Program-made: the position numbers and the translations under genes
Assembly (NCBI GenBank): GCA_016871715.1
Contig: VHCO01000010.1
Coordinates: 194-64,193 of the forward strand
Origin: Verrucomicrobiota bacterium
GTDB taxonomy: Bacteria > Verrucomicrobiota > Verrucomicrobiia > Limisphaerales > J093
Length of the DNA stretch: 64,000 bases
Direction of reading: 5' to 3'
Shown: positions 1 through 12,300 of the stretch, one piece after another
Numbering within the stretch: position 1 is the stretch's first letter
How the letters are laid out: the number at the start of each line of letters is the position of its first letter
The notes under the pieces: model-generated
What the model saw: the letters and a program-made list of their open reading frames with translations, nothing else
The model's database searches: none
Told to the model about the DNA's origin: nothing

Positions 1-123
1 CTGGCGCATCGGGAGCGGTTTGGGGGCAAGCGGCGGAGTGGGGCGCGGCCGATTCGAGGGGCAGGCGCGACGCTGGCGGGGTTGAACGCCTTGCGCGACT
101 TGCGGGTGGCGGCCGTCTCGTGA
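1..123 (+). mobile_element. 3' end of a CDS, probably a Y1/HUH (IS200-like or REP-associated) transposase
   Basis: Frame 1 reads LAHRERFGGKRRSGARPIRG...LNALRDLRVAAVS* with TGA at 121-123. This resembles the RERFGxKRxSGAR...LRDLR tail I recall from verrucomicrobial Y1 transposases. The catalytic part is outside the window. Confidence 0.45.
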
Positions 124-351
124 ACTGAGGGCCCGCTCCTCGGAGGGTCACGGATGCGGTTGGCGTCGGGGGGGGTGGGGCGCACGCTTGCGGCTGTGGG
201 TGTGGGTGGGGAATGGGGAAGGGGTCAGGGCTGATTCACCTGGAGTGGAAGGGCCGGGCAGCCGCAGGGATGAGACGAAGAACGACAGGACCTTTTTCGC
301 CCACGCGCCGACGCTCGTCGGATGATTCTCGATGATCGGGACGGTGAGGCG

Positions 352-1336
352 ATGGATTTGCGTCGCGTAACGGTTCGGCTACTGCGCGAGGAGGAGCGCT
401 CGGAGTTTGATTAGCGACTCGAAGAACAGCACTACCTGGCCAGCAGCGTTTTGGTCGGCGAGTCGCTGCGGTATGTGGCCGAGCTCGACGGTCAGTGGGT
501 TGCCTTGCTGGCCTTCAGCGCGCCCGCGCTGCATCTCAAAGGACGTGAACGATGGATCGGGTGGAGTGCGCGGCAACGGGCCCGACGCCTGGGATTGGTC
601 GTCAATAACAGCCGGTTTCTCGTGCTGCCGGACCGCCAGCGCTATCCCAACCTCGGCTCGCGCGTGCTCGGCCTGTGCTTGCGGCGGCTGAGCGTGGACT
701 GGGAGGCCGGCTGGGGCCATCCGGTGCTCGTGGTCGAGAGTTTCGTGGATGAAGCCGAGGTGACGGGTCCCTGTTCCTTCCGGGCCCCGGCCCTGGAAAG
801 TCTGCTCGATCGCTTGAGCGCATTGCCCGATCCACGGCGGGGGCATGGGCTGCGTCACCGGCAACGGTTTGTCGTGGCCTGCGCCGTGATTTCGACGTTG
901 ATGGGTGCCTGCGGCTACCGGGCCTTTGAGAACACGACCAAGAAGTTCACACAGCGGCAACTGCGCGCGTTGGGAGCTCAGCCAGACGAGGAGGACGGGC
1001 GCTACGATCCGCCGAGCGACTCGACCTTCCAGCGCGTGCTCAACCGGCTGGACGCAAGCCGGGTCGCGTCGATCGTCGGCACCTGGCTGGCCGAGCAGGA
1101 GGTCGGCGCGCCGGGCCGGCTGGCCCAGCAGGGTTTTCCCCCCTCAGGGCCAATGGGAGAAGGGCCACGGGCGCCTTGATCACCGGCGCATCGCGCGGGT
1201 GGCCGTCACACCAGAGGATATCGGTCTGTGCGGCTGCTGGCAGGTGATTGCGGTCGACCGCAAAGAACTGGAACAAGTGGCTTGGCAGGTCCTACCTACC
1301 CAGGGCAAGCTCGCGTCCAGTATTTCATTACTTTAA
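352..1336 (+). pseudogene. Decayed DUF4338 (DruA-like) plus ISAs1-family transposase fusion
   Basis: ATG 352 is in frame with ORF 451-1179 but interrupted by TAG at 412-414. DUF4338-like motifs: HYL, GESLRY, NNSRFLVLP, PNLGSRVL, HPVLVVESFVD. ISAs1 N-terminal motifs: LPDPRRGHGLRH, PSDSTFQRVL. The ISAs1 motif EKGHGRLDHR is in the +1 frame after TTTTCCCCCCT. The DGK-containing catalytic core and the C-terminus are missing. Confidence 0.8.
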
Positions 1337-1436
1337 CCCCGACCCACCACCCAAGCGCTAGAGCTTCGTCCCGAGGCGCGTTCGCGGGGAGTTTCCAGAG
1401 CCACTCCTGACAGGGGGTTCCTCAGGAGGCTGGGGG

Positions 1437-3167
1437 TTGGGACAAGCGATCTGCAGCCACGTGCGATTGGACCGCAACGAGTTCCAGATCGAGAGCTTGG
1501 AACCGCGTATCCTGCTCTCGGGCGATTCAGTGTTGCCTATCGATCGCCCCCCGTCGGGCGTGGCCGATGGCGCCCGCGGCCCCGTGGTGGAAGTCGCCTC
1601 ACCCTCGACGGCGGACCTTGGGTATGGGTGGGACATGGATTTGGAGGCTGAGGTTGGGGCGGGCGTGCCGGACCTGTTACAGGGCAGCGAACCGCTGGCG
1701 GTGGTGGCCGGACCGAAGGTAGCGCTCTCGGCGGCAGGTGCTGGAACCGCGGGCAACACACTCGAGACGGCACGCGACTTGTCGTTGAGCGAGCAACCGC
1801 CCGGCGGTGGCTACTTCGTAGCGACGGCTGAAGGGGTGGTTGACCCGGCCACCTACGGCACGAACTGGAGCGACCCCGACTACTGGAAATTCCAAGCGTT
1901 GCCCGGCGACCTAATCTCGATCAGCGTTGACACCCCCGACAGCGGTCTGGATCCATTTGTCGAGTTGCGAAACGCCTCGGACGCGGCTTTGGCTGGGGAC
2001 GATCATCGCGGGCCGGGAAACGACGCGCTCATGGCGGCCTATCGGATTGAAGCGACGGGAACCTACTACGTCGCCGTGGGCAAGAACTGGTGGAGCACGA
2101 CCCCAGGCAGCTACCGACTGCGGGTCGACCTGACCCGCGGCGTCCCCCTCGAGGACGACGGCGACTACGCCAACGATACCCCGGCGAGGGCGAACCCGTT
2201 GGAGTTGGCCAGCGCGGGCAACCACCGCACCGCGACCATCGCGGGCAATATCATGGCCTCCGAAGGGGCAAACCGGGACGAAGACATGTTTGGATGGGGG
2301 ACCATCAATGCCGGCGTGGTGGTCGACCTTAAGCTCCGGCTCCCCGCGTTAAGCGATCTGGAGCCGATTCTCAAGTTGGTCGACTTCGACGGCCAAGCGC
2401 TGGTGGATGAGGACGGCAATGTCGAGAATGGCCACTTCCGGACGGTCGTCCCGGCGCACGGTCGCTATTACGCCTCGGTGGCGGCGGTCAGCGGGGAAGG
2501 CACCTTGGGGATCTACCTTTTGGATGTCGATCTGTTGGACAGCGTGCCGCCCGAAGTGGCGCGAGTTTCCGGACTGCCGCCTCCCGGTGAAACGTCCGGT
2601 CAACCGCTGAGCTCGTTCACGGTCGAGTTCACGGAGGACCTGGCTGCCGGGACCGTGAACCCGGTGAACCCGCTGGTGATTCGCCGGGGCGATCATGCGT
2701 ATTTCCTGACGCCTGAGGCGATGCCGTGGGCGGAGGCGGAAGTGTATGCAACCAGCCTAGGCGGCCACCTGGCCAGCCTGGGAGACGCTGCGGAACAGGA
2801 GCTTGTAGCCGAATGGTTTGCGGCCGCTAACCCGTGGATCGGTCTGACCGACCGAACCACCGAGGGCACCTGGCTCTGGACGGATGGCGGAACGGCCGAT
2901 TACACCTTCTGGGATCAAGGGGAACCGAACGACAGCGACGGGCGAGCCGACTTCGCTTTCATGTGGCACGGCGGCCCGTGGCAAGACTCGCGCGGTGGCG
3001 AGGTACGGCGGGGCGTGGTCGAGTTGGTGGGCGCTGCGGATACCGACGGGGACGGCATCCCGAACGTCATCGATGTCGACCCGCAGGATGCGCTCAACGG
3101 TTGGGATCTAAGGGAGGCGGGGTCGACCAGGCCTTCTTCACGGCCGATGACACCGTTTACTCGGTAG
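1437..3167 (+). CDS. Giant protein fragment 1: LEPRxLL motif, two PPC-like domains, Ig-like domain with inserted C-type lectin
   Basis: FQIESLEPRILLSGD (~1482-1526). DPDYWKF and GTYYVAV PPC-like motifs. C-type lectin motifs: WAEAEVYATSLGGHLAS, WIGLTD, GEPND. DTDGDGIPN Ca-binding motif. The start could be GTG 1461. Confidence 0.8.
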   Translation: MGQAICSHVRLDRNEFQIESLEPRILLSGDSVLPIDRPPSGVADGARGPVVEVASPSTADLGYGWDMDLEAEVGAGVPDLLQGSEPLAVVAGPKVALSAAGAGTAGNTLETARDLSLSEQPPGGGYFVATAEGVVDPATYGTNWSDPDYWKFQALPGDLISISVDTPDSGLDPFVELRNASDAALAGDDHRGPGNDALMAAYRIEATGTYYVAVGKNWWSTTPGSYRLRVDLTRGVPLEDDGDYANDTPARANPLELASAGNHRTATIAGNIMASEGANRDEDMFGWGTINAGVVVDLKLRLPALSDLEPILKLVDFDGQALVDEDGNVENGHFRTVVPAHGRYYASVAAVSGEGTLGIYLLDVDLLDSVPPEVARVSGLPPPGETSGQPLSSFTVEFTEDLAAGTVNPVNPLVIRRGDHAYFLTPEAMPWAEAEVYATSLGGHLASLGDAAEQELVAEWFAAANPWIGLTDRTTEGTWLWTDGGTADYTFWDQGEPNDSDGRADFAFMWHGGPWQDSRGGEVRRGVVELVGAADTDGDGIPNVIDVDPQDALNGWDLREAGSTRPSSRPMTPFTR

Positions 3168-5113
3168 CCCTAGCCAGCCCCTACGAGCGGGGCACAGAAG
3201 CTCGACTCTACTTGCGGGACGGCCCGCTGGGCACCGGGCGCTACCGGCTGACGATCAACAGCCGACTCGCCGACAACGTAGGCAACCGTTTGGATGGCAA
3301 CGGCGATGGGACCGGGGGCGATCCGTACCGGTTGGAGTTCAACGTGGCCCTGCCGACCGACCGCCAATTCGAGGGCCGGTCGAACAACGGTTTCGCTGCG
3401 GCAACGGCGCTCGAGTTGACCGAGAGCCCGGCCGGGAGCGGGCTTTGGCTGGGCCGCGGCCTCGGGATGATCGACCCGGGATACCCGCAGGACGAATGGA
3501 CGGACCCGGATTACTGGCGGTTCGAGGCCAAGGCCGGGGACCTCGTGACGGCGAGCGTGGCGACGCCCGACGGGAATCTGAACACCCGGATGCGGCTCTA
3601 CGACGCGCGCGGGACCCAATTAGTCGAGAATGACGATTCCGGAGCCGACTACGACGCGTTGATCAGCCATTTCCCGATCCCGGCCGATGGCACCTATTTC
3701 ATCGTTGCGCAGAAGAACTACTGGGTGGACGAGCGCGGGCCGTACTCGATGTGGTTGGCCCTGGCCCGGGGCATCCAGATGGAGACCGACTGGGAGTACG
3801 GCAACGACAGTGTGTCCGCGGCCAACGCGGTCGTGCTCGAGACCACACCCGCCGGCCGGATCGCCACCATCGCCGGCGCGGCGATCGCGCCGCAGGGGGA
3901 ACGCGCCGATGCAGACTTCTACGGCTGGGGCACACTCAACGCCGGCAACACCGTCGAGTTGACCATCGCCCTGCCGGTTTCCAGCCGGTTACAGCCGCGT
4001 CTGTTCCTGGTGGATGCACAGGGGCGCGAGCTTGCGGATGAAGACGGCGACCCGACGGACGGGCATTTTCTGGCAACGCTGACGGCCGACGGCCAGTACT
4101 ACGCGCGGGTCGAGTCGTATTGGGTGTTCGACGGCCACCTCTATTTCGTAACCCCGACCGGCAAGAAATGGTTGGCGGGCGAGGCGGACGCCCAGAACAG
4201 CGGGGGACACCTGGTCACCATTAACGACGCGGCAGAACAGGAGTGGCTTTGGCCGACCTTCAGGCAGTTCGGCAATCTGTGGATCGGCTTGAACGACCTC
4301 GAGACTGAGGGGACCTACGCCTGGGCCGATGGCACGCCACTGGACTACACGCACTGGCGTGAGAACGAACCCGACCAGCAACCCGGCCATAACGTCGCCT
4401 ACATCGAGGCCGCCACGGGCTTGTGGCTCGACGGTTTCCAAGATCGGGAACCGCGGGCGCTGCTCGAGTGGCCCGCCCAGAATCCGACCGGCTCAGGCCC
4501 GGGCTACTGGGGCCAGTACCTCCTCGACGTGCTCGTCTCGGATCGCGTGCCGCCGCTCCTCTCGTCCGTCACCGGCGTCCCAACCCCAGGTGGAACCGCG
4601 GATCTCCCGCTCGATTCGATCGTCCTGAGGTTCAGCGAAGATCTCGACCCAGCCACCGTCAACGCGACTCACCCACTCGTGCGCGCGCGGGAGGGGCGGT
4701 ACTATTGGCTCACAGACGCGGCCCTGAGCTGGGAACAGGCCGAGGCGTACGCCACCTCGGTAGGCGGTCACCTCGTTACGATCAACGACGCAGCCGAGCA
4801 GTCCTTCCTCGAGTACTGGTTTGCCGCCGCCCAACCGTGGATCGGACTCACCGACCAGACCACCCCCGGCGAATACCACTGGGCCGATGGCGACCCGGCC
4901 AATTACCGGCACTGGGCCGCCGGAGAACCCAACGACGGTGGGGCGGACTTTGCGTACCTGCACCACAACGGCTTCTGGCTCGACCACCGCGCCCACGAAC
5001 GGCATCGCGGCTTGATCGAGTTAGCAGGCGCGCCTGACGGCGACGGCGACGGCGTGCCCGACGCGATCGACCGGATGCCAGGCGACCCCGTCAACGCTTA
5101 CGACCTCCGGTAG
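3120..5113 (+). CDS. Giant protein fragment 2: ~666-aa repeat unit with PPC-like and Ig-like domains and two C-type lectins
   Basis: Frame of ORF 2834-5113 becomes protein-like at VDQAFFTADD. Contains LDGNGDGTGGD, two GGHLVTIND...WIGL lectin domains. Ends at TAG where sister repeats have GAG (YDLR-E). Confidence 0.8.
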
Positions 5114-8100
5114 GCCGGCCCAGACGACATGTTCGGCACACCGGACGATGCGGTTTACTCGGTGCGGCTCCGCCAAGAGTACACGGGGGGCACCCAGGTG
5201 CTCCTCGACTTGAACGATGGCCCATTGGCGACGGGGCATTACCGGCTCAGCGTCGGCGCATCCGTCGCGGACCCGGTGGGCAATCCACTCGATGGCGACG
5301 GCGACGGAACGGGCGGCGATTTCTATCGGCACGAGTTCTTTGTGGTCCTGCCGACGGACCTCGTGTTCGAGGGACGATCCAACAACGGGTTCGCAGCGGC
5401 GACGGCGCTCGAACCGGTGGAAGACCCGGCGGGTGCAGGGTATTGGGTGGCGCGGGGTCAGGGCTCGGTCGATCCGGCCTGGGGGAGCACGGAATGGAGC
5501 GATCCGGACTACTGGCGGTTCGAGGTCGAGGCCGGTGACCTGGTGACGTTGGCGGCGGACACACCCCGGAGCGATTTGGACGTTCTGCTCCGCCTCTACG
5601 ACGAGGCGGGGAGGGAACAGACCGCTAGCAATGACGAGGGCCCACACGCCGATTCACTGATCAGCCGGTGGGTCGCTCCCACCTCGGCCACGTACTACTT
5701 GGCGGTGTTGAAGCAATACTGGTCGACCTTGCCGGGTGCGTACCTGGTTCGTATCGATATCGCGCGCGGCATCCAACAGGAACTGGACCACAACTACCGG
5801 AACGACGCCATCGCCCAGGCCGACACCCTCACCTTGGACATCGAGGCGGGCGCTCGCCAGGCGGTCGTCAGCGGCACCGTCATGGACCTCGAGGGCGCCC
5901 AGAAGGACGAGGACTTCTTCGGTTGGGGCACCGTCAACGCGGGCAATACGGTCGAACTGGACCTTCTCCTGCCCGCGTCGAGCCGGATGGTTCCCTGGGT
6001 GCGGTTGGTCGACGACCAGGGCCAGCCCCTGCCCGACGAGGACGGCGAGCCGCTCGATGGCCACGCCTTGGTCACGCTGAGTCAGAGCGGCAACCATTAC
6101 GCCCAAGTCGAGTCCTTCTGGTCCTACGAAGGCCACTACTACACCCTCACGCCAACCGCCCGGCGCTGGGTGGACGCCGAGGCCTACGCTCAATCCCTGG
6201 GCGGCCATCTGATCGCCATCGACAACCAGGCCGAACAACAGTGGGCCCGGGCGACCTTCGGACAAATCGGCAACTTCTGGATCGGCCTCAATAACCAGGC
6301 GGGGACTGGCACTTGGGTCTGGGCGGACGGTAAGATCCCGACCTACACGAACTGGCAGGCCGGCGAGCCGAACCAGGGCTCCCACACCGTCAGTTACCTC
6401 GATGTGAGCAACGGGTACTGGTACGACGGCAACCCGGACTGGAATGTCCTCGGCATCGTCGAAGTGGATGGCCCGGCGCGGGCACCCGGCGGCCCGGGGT
6501 TTTGGGCCCAGTACCTCCTGCGCGTCCGGGTGACCGACACCGTTCCCCCGAAGGTGATCGATGTGGAGGGATGGCCCGCCTCGGGTGCGACCAGCGCTGA
6601 GCCGGTCGGTTCGTTGACGATCGCGTTCAGCGAAGCCCTGGACCCCGCCACGGCCAACGCCACCAATCCCCTGGTCGTCGGCTTCGGCGGCCATCACTAT
6701 CTTCTCACCCCGACGGCGCTGAGTTGGGCCGATGCCGAGGCGTATGCCACAGGCTTGGGCGGCCATCTGGCCACCATCGATGGCGAAGTCGAAGACCGTT
6801 TCCTGACCGAGTGGTTTGCCGCCGCCGAGCCCTGGATTGGCCTCAATGACGCCGGCGAGGAGGGCGTGTGGGTCTGGGCCAGCGGCACGCCCCCCGCCTA
6901 CCTTGGGTGGCAACCGGGCGAGCCCAACGACGGCGATGGCCGCGCGGATTATGCGTACCTCGCTGACCTCGGCGGCTGGCGCGACGGTCGTTCTACTGCC
7001 ACCCGCCGCGGCCTGGTCGAGTTGGCCGGCGTTCCCGATGCCGACCCCGACGGCGTTCCCGATCCGCTCGATGTCGTTCCCTCCGACCCGATCGATTACT
7101 ACGACCTGCGCGAGCGCGGGCCGGATGGGCGCTTCGACACGGCCGACGACACTGTGTACGCCCTCGAATTGTCCGAGCCCTACACGACCGGCAATGTCGT
7201 TCGCCTCGGCTTAGCCGACGGGCCGCTGGGCGACGGTTCCTACCGGCTCACGCTCTCCGCGCGCCTGACCGATGCCATCGGCACCGCCCTGGACGGCAAT
7301 GGCGACGGTACCGCCGGCGATCCTTACGAGCATCTCTTCACCGTCAACCTCCCGGCCGGACTCGAGTTCGAAGGCCGCACCAATGGCAGCCTGGCCGCCG
7401 CCACACCGCTGCCCATGACCGAAGACCCGGTGGGCAGCGGGTTCTGGGTCGGACGCGGCATCGGCACCGTGGATCCAGCGCGCGCCCGTGGCGAGTGGCT
7501 CGATCCGGACTGGTGGACGTTCACGGCGCAGGCTGGGGACTGGCTGGCGGTGGCCATGGATACGCCTGCCAGTGACGTCGATCCCTTGATCCGCATCTAC
7601 CGGTCGGACGGCACGGAACTCGTCGGCGACAACAACGCCGGCCCCGACAACGACGCCTTCGTCAGTCGTTACCTAATTCCCGCAGACGGCGCCTACTACA
7701 TCGCCGCCCTCAAGTACCATTACAGCGAAGTGCCCGGAAGCTACCTGTTGCGCGCCAGCCTTGCCCGCGACCTCGAACTGGAAGCCGACGCCGATTATGG
7801 CAACGGTCGGCCGGCGGACGCCAACGACGTGACCTTGCAGGCGGAACAGGGGACCCGTCGAGGGGTTGTGGCCGGAACGCTCATGGCCCCAGGTCGAGAT
7901 GTCGTCGACCGGGACTTCTTCGGCTGGGGCACCCTCAACGCCGGCAACGTCGTCGAACTGAGCGTCACCCTGCCCGCCTCGAGTCGGGCCGTGTTGCGCG
8001 TCTTCCTGGTGGCGGCCCTCGAGGGGGCCGGACCGTTCGGTCAATACCTGCTCGACTTGACGATCGCCCCCTCGGGCCAGCTCGACTTTGCCGACCTGAG

Positions 8101-9345
8101 CGGCGTTGCCATTCAACTGCCAGCCAGCGCCGAGAGCGGCGGGCTCCTGCCGGTCCAATGGACCGCCGGCAACTTCGGCACGGCAACGACCCCCGCCAGC
8201 GAGTGGCTCGACCGCCTGGTCCTCTCCCCGAACGAGATCTACGGCGATGCCGACGATCTTTACCTGACTTCGACACGGCACGCCGGCCCCCTAGGTCCGC
8301 AGCAGGAGTACACCGGCCAGGCCGAAGTCAGAGTGCCCGCCGGCGCAGCGGGGACCTACTGGTTGTTCGTGGAATTGGACGAGACCGACGCCGTCTTCGA
8401 GTTCGTTCTCGAGGGCAACAACGTCTTCCGCAGCTCGGCCACAGTCACGATCTCACTGTCGGATTATGCCGACCTCGAAGCCAAGCAACTCCTTGCTCCT
8501 GCCCTCGCGATTGCGGGCGCCGAGGCCAGCTTCTCCTGGACCATCGCCAATGCCGGTCCCGGCACGACCGCGGACGGCGCCGGCGGCGTGGTCAGCCAGT
8601 GGAGCGATCGCTTGGTCCTTTCCCGCAATGCCGCCTACGGCGACGGCGACGATCGCCTGCTGGCGGAAGTGCGGCACGACGGCGCTTTGGGACCGGCGGG
8701 GACCTACTCGGGTTCCTGGACCGGACGTCTGCCTGCCGGGCTGAGTGGCGCCTATTACACCTTCCTCTTCACCGACGTCCGCAACGCCGTCTATGAATAC
8801 ACCGACCAAGCGGCCAACCTCGTGCGCACGGCCGAACCCCTCCGCATCGCCTCCGGGCCGTACGCTGACTTGGTGGTAGGAACACCCCTAGCCTCCGCAA
8901 CCGCACGGGTCGGTCAGGACCTGGCGGTGCAGTGGACGGTGACCAACGCCACCAACGCCTTCGGCCCCACTCCCGTCCCGCGCTGGTACGATCGCTTGAT
9001 CCTCAGTCGCGATGCGGTGTTGGGCGGCGCCGACGACCTCAATCTCGGCGATTTCTACCACGACGGCACGCTCGCGGTGGGGCAGAGCTACACGGGAACC
9101 GCGACGGTGTCGATCCCCTCGGGCTGGGGTGGATCGGCGCACCTCTTCGTCCTCACCGACGCGCGGGGGCAGGTCTACGAGTTCGAGTTCGACGGCAACA
9201 ACGCGACACCCGCCGGCCAGGCCCTGGCCCTCACCGTGGTCGGCCCCGATCTGGTGATCGACGGACCGCCAGCCGCCCCGGCGACGGCCCAGTTCGGCAG
9301 CACAGTGGCGCTCTCCTGGACCGTGCGCAACACCGGCTCGGAGAC
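5114..9345 (+). CDS. Giant protein fragment 3: repeat units 3 and 4, then CARDB-like domains
   Basis: Same frame as fragment 2 after the amber codon. Two more lectin domains, then ADL...WTxxNxG...WxDRLVLS CARDB-type repeats. Confidence 0.8.
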
Positions 9346-12300
9346 AGCGGCACCTTCCAAGTCGTCTTCCGCGTGGACAATCAGGTCGTGGGCACGCAGA
9401 CCGTCAGCAGCCCGCTCGCGCCCGGGCAGTCCGTCGTCGTGAACCAGCCGTGGACAGTCCGCGCAGGCAGCCAAGTGCTTCGCGTCACCGCGGACGCGGC
9501 GAGCGCCATCCTCGAGGCCAACGAAGCGAACAACGAGCGGACCACCCCAGCCCCGCAGGTGGCCGACGAGAGCGCCCCGCAGATCCTGCGCGTCAGCCCG
9601 GAAGCCGGCAGCAAAGTGCGCGGTCGCGTTGCGGTCGAGATCTTCGCGGTCGATGCCAGCGGCGTGGCCAACTACCAACTCGATTACTCCGCCAACGGCC
9701 AGGATTGGACCTCTCTAGGCAGCGCCGCCAACGGCCGGTTCACCTGGGATACCGCCCCGCTCAGCGACGGTTCCTACTCCCTGCGCGCCACCGCCACTGA
9801 TCCCCTCGGCAACCGGTCTACGTTCGAGTTCCAATACCAGGTTGACAACCAGGCCCCGCCCGCCGTCCAGTTGACCGCCACGCCAGGCGAGTTCCGCGTC
9901 GACCTCCGTTGGAGTGCGTCCGACGCACTTGATTTCGCCTACTACCGGCTGTACCGCAGCACGGCGCCCAACTCCGGGTTCCAGCCGATCAACGGCAAGA
10001 TGACACAGGAGACCTTCGCCGACCGCCAAGTTACGGCCGGCACCACCTACTTCTATCGCCTGACCGTCTTCGATCATGTGGGGAACGAAAGCGTACCCTC
10101 GAATGTGGTCTCCGCCGCGGCCCTGCTGGACAGCACGCCACCCGTCATTCGGACCTTGACCCCTGCAGAAGGAACCGCCGCCGCCACCGCCCTTCAGCTT
10201 CGCCTGGACGCCAGCGACAATGTCGCCGTCACGAGGTATCGGTTCGAGTTCTCGATCGATGGCACCGCCTGGAGCCTCATCGCCGAGGGCGCGAACGCGT
10301 CGGTTTCCTGGGCGGTCGATCAAGTGCCGCATGGCGCCTACCGCGTCTGCGCCACCGCCACCGACGCCCAGGGCAACGCGACTTCGCGGACACAACTCTA
10401 TCAGGTCGACCACCTCGGCCCGAACGCCCCAGCCAACCTGCGACTCGAGGCGGCGGAATTGGCGTTGATCGTCGCCTGGGACACGGTGGGCGCCCCGGAC
10501 TTCCACTCCTACGAACTCCAACGTTCGCAGGCCGGCGGCCCGTTCGAAGTCGTTCTCCCGTCCACCTCATCGAGCCTCTTCGTCGACCGCGGTGTGACCG
10601 CGGGCCTCACCTATACCTACCGCGTGGTCGCCGTCGATCAGAATGGCAACCGCAGTGACCCGTCCAACCAGGCCACCCAAACCCCCTTGCCCGATACCAC
10701 CCCGCCGCTGGTCCGCCGAGTCGTTCCCGGCGACGGCGCCGCCTTGCGCGGACAAGTGACCCTGCAAGCCGAGGCCACCGACAACATCGCCGTGGCCCAG
10801 TTCACTTTCGCCTTTGCCGCCGCTGGCACGCAAACCTGGACCACCGTTGGCACCGATACCGCGCCCCGGGCACTGGGCAACGGCATCTGGCAGGGCGCAG
10901 TTTCCTGGAACACCGATCCCTTAGCTGAGGGCAATTACGATGTGCGAGTGACCGCCCGCGACGCCGGCAACCTGACCGCCGAACGGGTTTATACCGTCTC
11001 GATCGACCGCACACCGCCGGCGGCGCCCGAGGCGCCCTCGATCGAGAACCCGCGCACGGGCGGCACCCTCAAGCTGAGCTGGACAGCTTCATCCGATCCA
11101 ACCGCCACCGGCTATCGCCTGTACCGGTCCGAAACCCAGGGCGGCAACGGTCAACCGGTCGGCGGCGTCCTCAGCGCCCTCGAGTTCTGGGATACGGAAC
11201 TCGAGAACGCACGCACCTATTACTACACGCTCACCGCGGTCGACGCGGCCGGAAACCAATCGAGCCGCTCGCCGGAACGCCCGGGCACGCCCACCGCAGA
11301 GGCCGATCTGGCCGTGTCAACCCTTCGCTTCGATCCGGCCAACCCGACCCGGGGCCGCTCGACCACGATCGTGGCCACGCTCGACAGCACGGGACCCGCA
11401 GCGGCGGACGCCGAGGTGGCGTTCTATCTCGGAACGCCACGGGTGCTGCTCGGGCGCACGACGGTCCGAGTGCCCGCCAACGGCGCCACCCAAGCCCGGC
11501 TGGCTTGGACGCCAGACCTGAGCGGAGCCGCGACGCTCACCGCGGTCCTGGCCCAAACGAATGTCTTGGACACAAACTCGGCCAACGACGAGCGCGCGGT
11601 CGAGATCGCCGTGAACCTCCCGCCAGTCGCCAAGGCGGGCGATAACCGCAGCGGCAACTGGAACCAACCGATCGCCTTCGACGGCAAAGATTCGACGGAC
11701 CCGGACGGCCTGATTCAAGCCTACCATTGGGATTTTGGCAACGGACAGACCTCGATCAACAAGACCACCAGTCACGCGTACCAGACGCCCGGCATTTTCA
11801 CTGTGGTCTTGACCGTGACCGACAATCGCGGCGCCCAGTCCCGCGACACCCTCCAGGTGATCGTCAACGATACCCGCGCCGACCTTGTGATCAGCCGGCT
11901 CGCCTGGAATCCACTCGAACCGCAGGAACGCGACCAGGTCACCATCACCGCGACACTCACCAACCTCGGCAACGGTTCCACCCGCCTCGGCTTCTTCACC
12001 ACCTTCTACATCGATGGCGCCTACCAGGGCTACCAACGCGTCGACCAACTCCTGGGCATCGGGCAATCGCTCGAGGTGCCCTTCGCCTGGAAAGCCACCA
12101 AAGGACTGCACACCGTCAAGGTGGTCGCCGACGACCTCCAGAACAACGTCGTCGAACGCAGCGAAACCAACAACAGCGCCACCACCGCCCTCACCCTCCA
12201 ACAGGTCTTCTTCCCGGACCTAATCGTCACCGACTTGACCGCCAACCTCCCCGCCGAGACCGTCAGCAGCGAGGTGCCGCTCACCGCCCAAGCGACCCTC

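Noticed and set aside
451-760. Druantia anti-phage system
   Set aside because: The DUF4338 domain is fused to an ISAs1 transposase relic; no DruE helicase or other dru genes are present.
412-5113. Two in-frame TAG codons (412, 5111) as pyrrolysine or amber recoding
   Set aside because: Both sit in genes with other lesions. hisC and the 53499-53753 gene end normally at TAG. No pyl genes are visible.
2690-7020. Repeated C-type lectin domains as diversity-generating retroelement targets
   Set aside because: No reverse transcriptase and no near-identical template/variable pair with adenine-specific differences; the copies diverge at all base types.
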